In this document: positions 54,840 through 64,000 of the stretch, in pieces | How positions within the stretch are numbered: position 1 is the first letter of the stretch | How the letters are laid out: every line of letters starts with the position of its first letter | IMG/VR virus record: IMGVR_UViG_3300044796_000394 | Source of the DNA: a virus | Lineage: Duplodnaviria > Heunggongvirae > Uroviricota > Caudoviricetes | Direction: 5' to 3' (one strand) | DNA: 64,000 nt | Notes under the pieces: generated by a model | Told to the model about the DNA's origin: nothing | Database searches by the model: none | What the model saw: only the letters and a program-made list of their open reading frames with translations | Position numbers and translations under genes: made by a program

Positions 54840-55738
54840 GGATCATATCCGATAATGTTAAAATCTTCCATTTTATAATCAAAAATAGAATTCGCTTTCT
54901 TGATTTCTATCTTCGGAGAAAGTCTTTCTTCCCTGCTCAAATACTCCTTAACATCATCAAGTTGGTTAACGTATATATGAGCATCTTCGGTATGATGTAC
55001 AAAACGATATGGTTTATATCCAGTTTGTTGAGCCAACATGATACAGAGGGCACTATAAAACTGAATGTTAGCCGGTACACCAACAGGGAAATCACAACTT
55101 CTCTGATTTAATAATAGCGACATTCTTCCATCATTATCAATCGAAACGTGAAAACAATAATGACATGGTGGCAACCGCATAATCGGCAAATCCACCGGAT
55201 TCCACAAACTCACAATTAATCTACGAGAATCTGGATTGGCTTTGATTTCGTTAACTAACCAACTGATTTGATCTACGCCACCCGGCTCATATTTTTCAAT
55301 CCCAACCATATCCGCATACGAACCATCGGATCGCTCTCTGAATATGGCTTGGTCAGCACCGTGGCCGTACTTACCGCCGAAGTGCCTCATCTGGAAGCCG
55401 TAAACCGGCCCAAGATAACCTTCCGCAAATCCAGTACGTTCATAAAATGCTTTATTATCAGGATGTGCTTCGGAATCAGCCCAAGGTGTCCAGAAATTAC
55501 AACCTAATTTTTTCAGGTCTTCGTTACTTGTAGAGCCAGAAAGCATCCACAATAATTCAGCGAACACTGCTCTTGGAAACAATTTTCGCTTAGTAACAAG
55601 AGGAAAATGTTCGCTAATATCATAAGTTGAAGTGAGAGAAAAAACAGTTAAGCAATCAACGCCCGTCCTGTTTTTTCTAAGTTCACCGTTTTCAAGAATG
55701 TATCTTAACGAATCGTCGTATGGCTTCAGTATGTACAA
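54806..55738 (-). CDS. thyA: Thymidylate synthase
   Basis: RTG, FPL.T, ELLW, LGPVYGFQ.R, P.SRR..VS.WNP, LPPCH, QRSCD...GVP.N, D.HIY.N. Confidence 0.97.
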   Translation of the reverse strand: MYILKPYDDSLRYILENGELRKNRTGVDCLTVFSLTSTYDISEHFPLVTKRKLFPRAVFAELLWMLSGSTSNEDLKKLGCNFWTPWADSEAHPDNKAFYERTGFAEGYLGPVYGFQMRHFGGKYGHGADQAIFRERSDGSYADMVGIEKYEPGGVDQISWLVNEIKANPDSRRLIVSLWNPVDLPIMRLPPCHYCFHVSIDNDGRMSLLLNQRSCDFPVGVPANIQFYSALCIMLAQQTGYKPYRFVHHTEDAHIYVNQLDDVKEYLSREERLSPKIEIKKANSIFDYKMEDFNIIGYDPCPPIRMPVTV

Positions 55739-55750
55739 TCAAATCTCGCA

Positions 55751-56065
55751 TTAACGTGAATAATCAAATGGATGTGCTGCTTTAGTATCCGGTCTATGAT
55801 TGCCGTAATCAGCATTCATTCGCATCATGCGGTACTTGCCAGCAGGCGATGCAAGTAATTCTTGGTACTCAGCATAGGCGGCTTGTTGATCGCCTTGATG
55901 CTTAACTACTAAGCTTGTCCAATATTTAAAGTATTGAGGATCAATTGGGCCGGGGGTTGTTGGCTTTTGAGCCGCCATTGGTGCTTGTGGTTTTGGAGTT
56001 AAGCCCAAAAAGCTACCTAAACCTTCATTGGTTTTTTGTTCTAGGAATTGGTGAAAATCTCTCAT
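55751..56065 (-). CDS. Hypothetical protein, candidate internal head protein
   Basis: Start MRDFHQFLE; ATACATA 5 nt upstream. Confidence 0.6.
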   Translation of the reverse strand: MRDFHQFLEQKTNEGLGSFLGLTPKPQAPMAAQKPTTPGPIDPQYFKYWTSLVVKHQGDQQAAYAEYQELLASPAGKYRMMRMNADYGNHRPDTKAAHPFDYSR

Positions 56066-56113
56066 GCAGATATGTATGCCACGGCGGAAAAATCCGCCGT
56101 GGCACATTAACTT

Positions 56114-56896
56114 TTACAGCATAGTTTTGAACTTTTTGAGAACAGTCATGCTGGCATCATTGGTTCGCCAATCGTACTCTGGGTGCCATTGAGTTGAGAT
56201 CCACTTATCACCTGTCATCAACTCAATCACGAATTTGCAGTCTTGGTGTCCCACGAATGAGAAACCGTAAACTTTAACGCCCTTCGATCCATCGTAATCG
56301 GACTTGCTTTTCGTACCGTAGTACATCAACCCTTGGTGGTGGAACGAATTCACCCACAGGGTTTCATTGGGGGTGATCTTCATGTGTGCATTGATCAAAG
56401 CTCGTTCAGCCGATTGAGCATAATCGAAGTTTGCCATGAAGTCTTCGGGATTGACGAGCGTGACGCTGTGGGTCGGTTCCCAAACCTTAACGTCAATTTG
56501 GCCGCTTGGCTGATGGCACACAGCGCCGCCCGTCAAGTCGGTGACGAGCTTCATCCCTTTACTGACGCCGATCATTTGATGACCACGACAAATGCCGAAG
56601 AGAGGTTTGCCCATCTCGTACACGTTGTTCAAAATGGCAAGCTCACGTAAATCACGCTTGTAATCAAAGCGTGTTAAGTTGCTGCCGTTCGTGATAGATT
56701 CGCCGTAAATGGTTGGGTGAATATCAACACCACCACACAAGATGACAGCGTGACACTTCTTGACCCATTTTTTGATGGTATCAGGATCGTTCATATACAG
56801 CATCAGGGGTTCGCCGCCGAGCATATTCTCGACCATATCGATACAGTCGGGCGTAAACTGACTCGGTCCAGTGAGTCCGATGATTGGCTTGGCCAT
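56114..56896 (-). CDS. Class I glutamine amidotransferase, peptidase C26 / gamma-glutamyl hydrolase (PuuD-like)
   Basis: PIIG.T, GG.DI.P..YG, RD..E, GICRG.Q, VNSFHHQ, QWHPE. Confidence 0.9.
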   Translation of the reverse strand: MAKPIIGLTGPSQFTPDCIDMVENMLGGEPLMLYMNDPDTIKKWVKKCHAVILCGGVDIHPTIYGESITNGSNLTRFDYKRDLRELAILNNVYEMGKPLFGICRGHQMIGVSKGMKLVTDLTGGAVCHQPSGQIDVKVWEPTHSVTLVNPEDFMANFDYAQSAERALINAHMKITPNETLWVNSFHHQGLMYYGTKSKSDYDGSKGVKVYGFSFVGHQDCKFVIELMTGDKWISTQWHPEYDWRTNDASMTVLKKFKTML

Positions 56897-56935
56897 TACC
56901 TTGTCCTAAAAAAGAGTAAAGCGGTTAGTGGTATA

Positions 56936-57328
56936 TTAACCCACGCTGTCGGTGGTTTCTAGTTTAGTTTCTGAAGGGAATGGAATAGTTTTTTCGCAAC
57001 CCTTCACCTTGAAAACCGGGGGCTTTGGTTCGTCTTTCTTTAACACTTCCACGGCCAAAGGATGCAACTTGGCCAAATCTTGAAGAAACTCCAATGTGAA
57101 CTTGGCCTGATCTTCATCTACCCGTGGCCCCCAAGTACTCACCATCAATTTCAAAAGCCCAGTATCCTGCCAACCAGCGACTTTAGCCGCCTGATAAGCA
57201 GCAGCCTTGGCCTGTGCAGAAGTACCAGCCCATGTTTTAGAACCCATGTCCATCCAATCTTCAATGTTGAGCTTAATGCCCTGACGTTGGATGTCGCCAT
57301 TTAGGCTTACAATAACAGGATTACTCAT
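56936..57328 (-). CDS. Hypothetical protein
   Basis: 130 aa with GAGG SD. Confidence 0.6.
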   Translation of the reverse strand: MSNPVIVSLNGDIQRQGIKLNIEDWMDMGSKTWAGTSAQAKAAAYQAAKVAGWQDTGLLKLMVSTWGPRVDEDQAKFTLEFLQDLAKLHPLAVEVLKKDEPKPPVFKVKGCEKTIPFPSETKLETTDSVG

Positions 57329-57335
57329 AAATACC

Positions 57336-57626
57336 TCAAAGTTGACCGTTGGAAATATCTGTTAATTGAATCTTGTAACGGGTTTTTGTTGGCTTGTAAT
57401 TAGATCGTTGAACTTTTTCTTGTCTGACTTCTACCATTCTACCACCAAAGAAATCCAATTTCACCTTCGGTGGCAGACAAGTATTACAAACAAACATCTT
57501 ATCATCATTGTATCTGTACGATCCATATTTTAACTGTACCGCATGGTTACAGAAGGCACATCGGGGAGTTTTGGCGATTATTGCTTGAACATTACTTTTC
57601 ATGATGTTTACTAAGTTAACTCCCAT
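57336..57626 (-). CDS. Hypothetical zinc-finger protein
   Basis: CAFC...CNTC; start uncertain. Confidence 0.5.
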   Translation of the reverse strand: MGVNLVNIMKSNVQAIIAKTPRCAFCNHAVQLKYGSYRYNDDKMFVCNTCLPPKVKLDFFGGRMVEVRQEKVQRSNYKPTKTRYKIQLTDISNGQL

Positions 57627-58125
57627 GAAGTCTATTATTATTACAACACAATCGTCGCTCCACCATCAATGGTTAGCGTTTTCGTCTTGGTACTCTATCC
57701 ATCGCAATGCACCACACATTAAAGTTGGTGTTATCTTCCCAAGAACAGTCAATACCTTTCACTTCAATTGGCTTAGAAAATGCGACATTCCTTTTATCGC
57801 CTATTCCAAAGATCATAATCTGGCAGAAACAGGGAATCAATTGGAATTGATGAAATGCACCATGATTCCTGATTATGTCATGATGATCCGCTCCGATGAT
57901 AGCAACCTCGATCAATGGTCGCCGGTTACAAGCAAAGAACCAGCAAATCTAGTCGACATCAGACAATTCGGCAAATTCAGTTTTGATCAGTGGATATTAA
58001 CTGAAAAAAGCCATCCCTTTAACAAGACAGCTCAATTGATCGGAAAAGAAAGAACAGTGAATGAACAAAAAGTAATTAAGTTATGGCGACAAATGGCCGA
58101 TGCCTACGATTTCCTTAACCGCTAA
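57625..58125 (+). CDS. Hypothetical protein
   Basis: Start MKSIII; long ORF opposite the flanking genes. Confidence 0.6.
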   Translation: MKSIIITTQSSLHHQWLAFSSWYSIHRNAPHIKVGVIFPRTVNTFHFNWLRKCDIPFIAYSKDHNLAETGNQLELMKCTMIPDYVMMIRSDDSNLDQWSPVTSKEPANLVDIRQFGKFSFDQWILTEKSHPFNKTAQLIGKERTVNEQKVIKLWRQMADAYDFLNR

Positions 58126-58453
58126 CGCCCGTAGGAACCATTTCTTTTTTCTTGCCAGCCTTTTGATCTTCATCATGATCGTCTTTAACAAGATCCAAAC
58201 ACTTGCGAATACGAGCAGGCCAACGGGTAATCTTGTCTCTTGGTACACCTAGCAACTTTTCGGCCTCATCCAAGTTCTGCCCAAAGACGGCCATGAAGTC
58301 ATCCCAAAACGTTTTTCCATCAGTACGATCCGAGCGAATCTCTAAGCCACGACGTACCAACTCCTCACCACCAGATGTGTCACCTTGTGGATACCAAAAA
58401 TCTTGCCCAACTTTTTTCTGACTGTCTTCAAATAAACGGTAAAATGAGCTCAT
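58115..58453 (-). CDS. Hypothetical protein
   Basis: Start MSSFYRLFE; CTACATA 5 nt upstream. Confidence 0.7.
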   Translation of the reverse strand: MSSFYRLFEDSQKKVGQDFWYPQGDTSGGEELVRRGLEIRSDRTDGKTFWDDFMAVFGQNLDEAEKLLGVPRDKITRWPARIRKCLDLVKDDHDEDQKAGKKKEMVPTGVSG

Positions 58454-58478
58454 GTAGGTATGTAGCCCCCGTTAAATG

Positions 58479-58508
58479 AAAACAGGCACTCGCAGTGCCC
58501 GTTTTTTT
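58479..58508 (-). terminator. Intrinsic terminator
   Basis: Minus strand ACGGGCACT-GCG-AGTGCCTGT-TTT. Confidence 0.6.
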
Positions 58509-58510
58509 AC

Positions 58511-58792
58511 TTATGCAGTTCCGCTAACGTAATCCAAGAATTTGAAATCACCGCTGGTGAAGTTGTTCAAAAGATACAAAGCTTGTCTACCGGAAATCGT
58601 AAGTTGATCCCCGTGCTTCAAATTGTGATTGTCCCGAAGGAAATCAGGGAACCAAGCAGAGCGAGTGAGTGCGAAATTCGCACCCTCTGTGCGATTGTAC
58701 GGCTGACGATCTTGCAAACTGTGAACAGTCGTAAGATTAACAGTAAAAATCATTGGCATATTAATACCCTCCTTGTAATATTTATGCTTCAC
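58511..58792 (-). CDS. Hypothetical protein
   Basis: AAGGAGG SD before the internal MPMIF start. Confidence 0.6.
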   Translation of the reverse strand: MKHKYYKEGINMPMIFTVNLTTVHSLQDRQPYNRTEGANFALTRSAWFPDFLRDNHNLKHGDQLTISGRQALYLLNNFTSGDFKFLDYVSGTA

Positions 58793-58837
58793 CGAAAAAG
58801 TCTATTATTTAAGGAGCTTCATATGGATATGTAAGAC

Positions 58838-59026
58838 ATGCCAAACGATAAAGAAAAAGAAATTGAAGGATTGAGTTCACTTAAAGTTTTCTTCGATCAA
58901 TTCGGCGAAAATGACATCTATAAACAAATTTTTCTAGAGGAATTATTCAAGTTCCTCTACAAAGAAGTTGTCGGCAAACCTATGCAAGACTTTACTTCTT
59001 GCGACGACGGCGAACCTTGTCCTTAA
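58838..59026 (+). CDS. Hypothetical protein
   Basis: 62-aa ORF overlapping a minus-strand ORF at its 3' end. Confidence 0.4.
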   Translation: MPNDKEKEIEGLSSLKVFFDQFGENDIYKQIFLEELFKFLYKEVVGKPMQDFTSCDDGEPCP

Positions 59027-59171
59027 AACGTTCTTTGAATTCTTCTTTAGATTCTTCTTTGCGAGTCTCTTGAAGATTCTCCGCTAAGTCGCCCATACCT
59101 TCCTTGCTCAACCACTTCTTAAAATCGTGAAGTGAAAAGGTAGGATCTTCGTCTTCGTTATAATCGTTCAT
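58992..59171 (-). CDS. Hypothetical protein (59 aa, not in the ORF track)
   Basis: MNDYNEDEDPTFSLHDFKKWL...RRRRKK, ATGA-coupled. Confidence 0.5.
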   Translation of the reverse strand: MNDYNEDEDPTFSLHDFKKWLSKEGMGDLAENLQETRKEESKEEFKERFKDKVRRRRKK

Positions 59172-59356
59172 TGTCCAGAGTCCAATTTAGTACCTCTTCT
59201 ATCTTGATCGTATCTAAAGAACGAAATAGAAGGTATCTTGTATTTATCAGGGATTATCTTATTTTTTGGCGGGGGAGCGCCGTTATCGGCCAATTTCTTG
59301 TCTCCTAATCCCTGCCCGCCCCACATTGCTCGCCACTCGGTAAAAGTTATCATCAC
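59168..59356 (-). CDS. Hypothetical protein
   Basis: Start MITFTEWR; coupled to the upstream gene. Confidence 0.55.
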   Translation of the reverse strand: MMITFTEWRAMWGGQGLGDKKLADNGAPPPKNKIIPDKYKIPSISFFRYDQDRRGTKLDSGQ

Positions 59357-60198
59357 CTAAACCACTCTGCTAGATACGTGAGTGATATATAGTCCGCATT
59401 ATTCAACTTACTACCATAAGAAGCATTTGCAACTTTAACATCAGCCTTCTTCATCCAAAATAACATACCATCCAAAATAGAGTCAGACATTACATGAGGT
59501 GAATAAGTAAACAAACCATTATCTAATTCAACAGCACCGGGCCTTGCCTTCTCAAACGACTCATCACATCCAACAATCGCCAACTGTGACACACCAAACT
59601 TGTACGCCAAGTGAGTCGCAGCACACACTGGATTACGATAATCATCTACTGTATAAGACGCTTGACGTTTTCCAAACCTAGCTGTAGGAGTTGGGGAATA
59701 TTTATAAGTCACAATCTTGCGATTAACTATATGTCTCACAAAAGCAGGATAAGTCCTATTACTGACAATCACCTTTGGAACCTTAGCCACACAAGGCAAA
59801 AACGACATACACTCAACATAAGGATTATTAGCGATGTAATAATTCATCCGCAAATCAGAAGGCCATTTATTCAAGACACCATTAACGCCGATAATAGCCA
59901 CCGAACGAGGCAAAGCACTCACTGCCTTAATGACTTCGGCAAAATTATGACCATCTGAAACGATAACAGCTTTTTGCTGCCGAATAGTTTCCATGTCAAT
60001 TGGTGCCATCCTCACCATTTGATTTTGAGATTCATTGGTTGCCAATAACCCATATTCTCTTTCGGACAAAAGATTGTTAATGTCCAGAGATTGCCCACCT
60101 TTGGTAAAATCTCTGATCCACAAACCATTGGCCGTTAAGACGTACTGATTTTGGTTCTTACTTTTTTTGATTATTGTTTTCACGTTATAACTTAACAA
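59353..60198 (-). CDS. DUF115/Maf-like (glycosyltransferase-related) protein
   Basis: VIVS.G, IIGVN, A..LA..FG...L..VG.D..F pattern. Confidence 0.5.
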   Translation of the reverse strand: MLSYNVKTIIKKSKNQNQYVLTANGLWIRDFTKGGQSLDINNLLSEREYGLLATNESQNQMVRMAPIDMETIRQQKAVIVSDGHNFAEVIKAVSALPRSVAIIGVNGVLNKWPSDLRMNYYIANNPYVECMSFLPCVAKVPKVIVSNRTYPAFVRHIVNRKIVTYKYSPTPTARFGKRQASYTVDDYRNPVCAATHLAYKFGVSQLAIVGCDESFEKARPGAVELDNGLFTYSPHVMSDSILDGMLFWMKKADVKVANASYGSKLNNADYISLTYLAEWFR

Positions 60199-60433
60199 TC
60201 ATTGACTCTAAAAGGAATTTCGATTCACCATTGGTAAATTCAACCAAAGCAGCAAACCGACCACCACAAATCGCTGCCGTATCCCTTGGCAATATTGACC
60301 ACCATTGAATTTTTCCGTCAACCAACAAACCTTTGCTAAAATATCTTACTAAGTACCCAACAGGATATTTTTTTTCCAAAGCCTTTATATGAATTTCATC
60401 AAGCCATTCATTTAACATATTATCTCCTAGCAC
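60185..60433 (-). CDS. Hypothetical protein
   Basis: AGGAG SD before MLNEW. Confidence 0.5.
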   Translation of the reverse strand: MLGDNMLNEWLDEIHIKALEKKYPVGYLVRYFSKGLLVDGKIQWWSILPRDTAAICGGRFAALVEFTNGESKFLLESMIVKL

Positions 60434-62291
60434 ATGGCGTAATTACGACGCAAGGATAACTCTCATCAACTTCAGTACCAGCAGCACTGACAACTAAATT
60501 GATTTTAACGGGTTCCAAAGGAATTGGAGGGCCATTATAGAACATAGGAATTTTAGCAGACTCAGGTACTTCAACTTGAATCTTCGGCATCTTATTTGGG
60601 AACTCTACACCAATCGCAGGCATCTTCTCTGGGAACTCAACCTTAAGTCTCGCCAGATCAGGAACACTAATCGGAATAGATAAATTACGCAAAGGCTCCA
60701 AATTGAAATTCAAATCAGGTATATTCGGTACACGTACATGAATTTCTTCCGGAACGTTATGCTTGATTTGAATGTCTGGAATATCAGGTGGTAACAACTT
60801 GAATTCGCCATTGAACGGCACTTCTTCATGAGATACATTTTCTTCATTATCATCAGCTAACAAATTAGCACGACGACGACGCATCTTAGGACTTTCCAAT
60901 CTCAACACCGCATTCAACGTCGGCATACCACTCCAGTCAACTTTAACGTCTGGAATCTTGGGTACTTTAATTTTTACACTCTTGGCAAACTCTTGTCTGA
61001 ATTGCGTAAACACAGTACGAATAGATTCAGCATCAAACTCTAGCTTTGGTACCGCTTCAAATCTCAACGCAGTAGAAAGACTAATCATGCTTGGAAAATG
61101 AATAGAGCTAATAGCCCGTTCAATACCACGCAAGCTGATAGACTCCAAACGAATAACGCTAGGAATGTCAGCCCGAATAGGTTCTACTTGAAGTACCGGC
61201 AAATTACAAGGCCCAAACTGAATTGGCGGAATTGGCGGCGGTGGCCCAAACATCATCATCGATGGCGTATTCTTAAAATTCACAACACTCGGAATTACAA
61301 TACTCGGCCCAAAAATACGACTAGGTATTCTAATGGGTGGTGAGAACTTAATCTGACTCGGTATGTGAACCGGCGTAATCTTAATTTGACTTGGCGTGTT
61401 TCCACCACCACCGGGGATACTCGTAATACCCGGCAATAAAATCGGTGGTAAATTCAACGACGAAGCCGGTACGATCATACTAGGGATCGTAGTCGGTGGA
61501 ATTTCTGGTGGAACCGGAATGTTAATGGTAAACGGTGGTGGTGTCGTTGAAGGGGGCAACGGAACATTCAAAGTCGGTTCAGGCGGCAATACTGGACTTA
61601 CAACGAGCTGACACGATTGACCCTCTAAAACTAATACAGGCGTTATTGTTGAACCCGGCGAATAAACATGTGTACCACTTTTTTGAGAAGTCGTAAAAGT
61701 TCCATCGCCGAATTGAAGGTTAAACGTTGCGCTACCACGAATATCCAAACTATATCGGATAGTTGTACCAGTAACCGGACTGGCTGAAACTACCTCATAA
61801 ACAAAATCAACATCCGGACACAAATCATCCACCAAAAACGGAGAATCGGCCAAATGACGAATTCGCCAATCCAACGTCGTTACATCTTCGGAAAAGTTTT
61901 CGCCAATAAATGATTCAGCCAACAAAGTAGCATTAGCAATTTGATTATGATGTTCGGCGATTACAAAACCACGCACCCAAGTACCAGCCGCATTAAACTG
62001 CGTATTACGTCCACCAATTTGTCTGGTACACTTTTTGAGACGACAAACTTTACCGTTAGAATTCTTTTGTACTGAGCCAAAATAAAATAATTCGCCGGAT
62101 ATGGTAGCATAGCCATTATTTGGCCAAACCTCAGACTCGTCAAGTTTTCGTGGACGTACAGGGATTTCATCCGCCCAAGCATCGGTATCAACCGTTGTTT
62201 TCGATTCGGATGTGTTGTATACCTTGAATAGCGTATAATCGGAGTCTATTGCTACAGGGTACGTCGGTGATGGCGGAAACAAGAATGACAT
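60420..62291 (-). CDS. Putative virion protein with a PKD-like domain and Pro-rich repeats
   Basis: YP...DSD.TL, IAEHHN, FGDGT..H.Y..G, long P/I-rich region; ATAGATA upstream. Confidence 0.7.
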   Translation of the reverse strand: MSFLFPPSPTYPVAIDSDYTLFKVYNTSESKTTVDTDAWADEIPVRPRKLDESEVWPNNGYATISGELFYFGSVQKNSNGKVCRLKKCTRQIGGRNTQFNAAGTWVRGFVIAEHHNQIANATLLAESFIGENFSEDVTTLDWRIRHLADSPFLVDDLCPDVDFVYEVVSASPVTGTTIRYSLDIRGSATFNLQFGDGTFTTSQKSGTHVYSPGSTITPVLVLEGQSCQLVVSPVLPPEPTLNVPLPPSTTPPPFTINIPVPPEIPPTTIPSMIVPASSLNLPPILLPGITSIPGGGGNTPSQIKITPVHIPSQIKFSPPIRIPSRIFGPSIVIPSVVNFKNTPSMMMFGPPPPIPPIQFGPCNLPVLQVEPIRADIPSVIRLESISLRGIERAISSIHFPSMISLSTALRFEAVPKLEFDAESIRTVFTQFRQEFAKSVKIKVPKIPDVKVDWSGMPTLNAVLRLESPKMRRRRANLLADDNEENVSHEEVPFNGEFKLLPPDIPDIQIKHNVPEEIHVRVPNIPDLNFNLEPLRNLSIPISVPDLARLKVEFPEKMPAIGVEFPNKMPKIQVEVPESAKIPMFYNGPPIPLEPVKINLVVSAAGTEVDESYPCVVITPCARR

Positions 62292-62318
62292 ATCTTATCT
62301 ATCGCTACTTGCTGTCCT

Positions 62319-63998
62319 TTAATAAACGGTCATATTGAATTGTTCGCCCGAAGGACGATCCGGCAATTTCGAGAAGGTCAAATCAATTTCACTGAATTTC
62401 AAGAAAGAGGAATTCGTGTAATCAAAACTCAAATAAGCGTTATGATTGCCGTCACCATTAGCTATCAAAGAATTAGCCGGGGAATCAAAGTTAACTACCG
62501 AAGAATCCTGTAAACTACTGAATGCTGGACTACCTACACCCGGACCGCCTGTTGACCAAACATTCGTCGTTGGATTATAAACAGCGACCTCACCAGTATT
62601 GTTGAAGAAATAAACACCGTTTGATAACGATACCAACTGACCTTCATGCTTGGTATCACCCGGAACATCAGGCAACTTACGTATGACCCTCATAGGATCG
62701 CCTAAAACGCCTTCTGTGCGATAAAAACTCTTAATGCGGAAATATTGTCCCGTACCATCATTGCGTGCTATAAAGCCCGTAGAATTGCGCCAGCAGGTTC
62801 GGTAGACGCTAAACTCACCATCGATACCATCCCCAACGTTACTTGTTAACTCCCCCGCACCATTTTGGAACATTTCAGGTCTAAGAGTTTGACCACCAAC
62901 AGTTAGCGTAGATAAATCTACAATTTGAAGGTCGGTATCCGTTATATCGGTTGGGCTACCGGGCCTCGTACCAAACATAAAATAAATACTACTAGGCGAA
63001 TTCAGAGATAGCCAATTCCAAGAGCGAGTTAAATAATTGGAAGTGCCACTAATATTCGGTGCCGAGAAAGTATCTGTAAAACCACTATACTCAGCAAATC
63101 GAATCACTTGCGATGATGAATAGTCAGCAGCACCTTCACTCCAATATAATATCGAAGCACCTTGATCGCCCGATGTAACCAATGATCGTGGCGTGAATCC
63201 ATTATTTCTTCTGAACTCTCGCTTCTGCTGATCTTCACTAGGTTGTCCAGTAAGAAATGCCGAATTGCGAGATACAGACAAGCTGGTAGCTGTTCTGGTT
63301 TTGAAAGTCTCGCACAAAAGACCGAATTCGTGCATTTGAAGGTTCTTAGTAACCGCAGTCGACATCGCCGAAGGATCAAAGATACCCATCCAAACGTTCG
63401 TATTTTCAACAACATCTACCACTTGAGGAAACGTTGTAATTCTGAATGAACCAAAAGTAGAATTTGCTCTCAATTTAATGTCATATAATCCACCCAAACT
63501 CCAAAGACCTTCAGCATGACTACCGGACGAATGAGGTACGTCATCCGACATACTCCAACTATAAGACACAATGGGATCTGAACTTTGTTCACCATTATCA
63601 AGTACTGCCATATCAACAGGCACATTCGCCTTTGTTTTCAGTACACCACCTATGAGTTGTTGTGTTGGAGAAGGATCAAATTCAATCGTTGCCTCATCTG
63701 GTGCAAGCGTTCTGGCTTGGATATAATTCGGCAAAACAATCGTATCTGTTCCATAAGGATTTGTTACGGTTAACGTCAAATCATACACACCCGGAACAGT
63801 GTAAGTTTTTGTTACATCGCCGGGGGTTGGGGCTACATCCGCAGTACCTTCTGCTTGACCGGGAACAAAAGCAAAATTCAATGTTTGAGTTGTACTGTCA
63901 CCAAAATCATAAACATATTGCGTTGGCGCTCTTAAACTCAAATCTTTGATGGAAATAGTAAACGGAACAATGCCAACTCTACTATTAACAGTTAGCCA
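62319..63998 (-). CDS. PKD-domain virion protein (5' end beyond the window)
   Basis: Frame open to the window end; YDFGD, TYT.PG.Y...LTVTN.YG. Confidence 0.75.
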   Translation of the reverse strand, partial: WLTVNSRVGIVPFTISIKDLSLRAPTQYVYDFGDSTTQTLNFAFVPGQAEGTADVAPTPGDVTKTYTVPGVYDLTLTVTNPYGTDTIVLPNYIQARTLAPDEATIEFDPSPTQQLIGGVLKTKANVPVDMAVLDNGEQSSDPIVSYSWSMSDDVPHSSGSHAEGLWSLGGLYDIKLRANSTFGSFRITTFPQVVDVVENTNVWMGIFDPSAMSTAVTKNLQMHEFGLLCETFKTRTATSLSVSRNSAFLTGQPSEDQQKREFRRNNGFTPRSLVTSGDQGASILYWSEGAADYSSSQVIRFAEYSGFTDTFSAPNISGTSNYLTRSWNWLSLNSPSSIYFMFGTRPGSPTDITDTDLQIVDLSTLTVGGQTLRPEMFQNGAGELTSNVGDGIDGEFSVYRTCWRNSTGFIARNDGTGQYFRIKSFYRTEGVLGDPMRVIRKLPDVPGDTKHEGQLVSLSNGVYFFNNTGEVAVYNPTTNVWSTGGPGVGSPAFSSLQDSSVVNFDSPANSLIANGDGNHNAYLSFDYTNSSFLKFSEIDLTFSKLPDRPSGEQFNMTVY

Positions 63999-64000
63999 AG

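Noticed and set aside
1-64000. Stop-codon reassignment (alternative genetic code)
   Set aside because: Conserved genes are full length in code 11, and TAA, TAG and TGA all end genes at expected positions.
1-64000. tRNA, rRNA or other structured RNA genes
   Set aside because: None recognised by eye in the short intergenic gaps. tRNAscan-SE/Infernal would be needed to exclude them formally.

Overview
This window is a gene-dense segment of a large, T4-superfamily-like (probably jumbo) tailed phage genome that reads cleanly in genetic code 11. It carries virion genes: tail sheath, two tail tubes, gp26/gp51-like hub chaperones and PKD-domain proteins. Transcription and replication genes include a gp55-like late sigma factor, gp46/gp47 nuclease, UvsW-like helicase, Holliday junction resolvase and an N-terminal DnaE fragment. 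Nucleotide metabolism is covered by PyrG, class II NrdJ, DHFR and ThyA. There are four homing-type endonucleases and host-like accessory genes (PrkA-YeaH-SpoVR, a Cys/Met PLP lyase, an MFS transporter, an iron permease, and ATP-grasp/GGCT/GATase enzymes). The most striking unexplained element is a tandem array of six small, translationally coupled genes (22775-24253). Their N-terminal parts are unrelated, but all end in the same tag, K-[SP]-K-I-x-C-E-I-L-[GK]-E. Several variable parts resemble short conserved motifs of essential phage proteins (gp23-type major capsid protein, RNR active-site loop), suggesting a cassette array of tagged mimic or decoy peptides. Other signals are a candidate -1 frameshift joining the gp26- and gp51-like genes, a MerR-HTH-YfbU fusion with three 18-bp-phased upstream repeats, a frameshifted and truncated dnaE, an apparent ATA start for yeaH, and a recurring TANATA late-promoter motif just before SD-less genes. 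All family calls come from motif recognition by eye; no database search was run.
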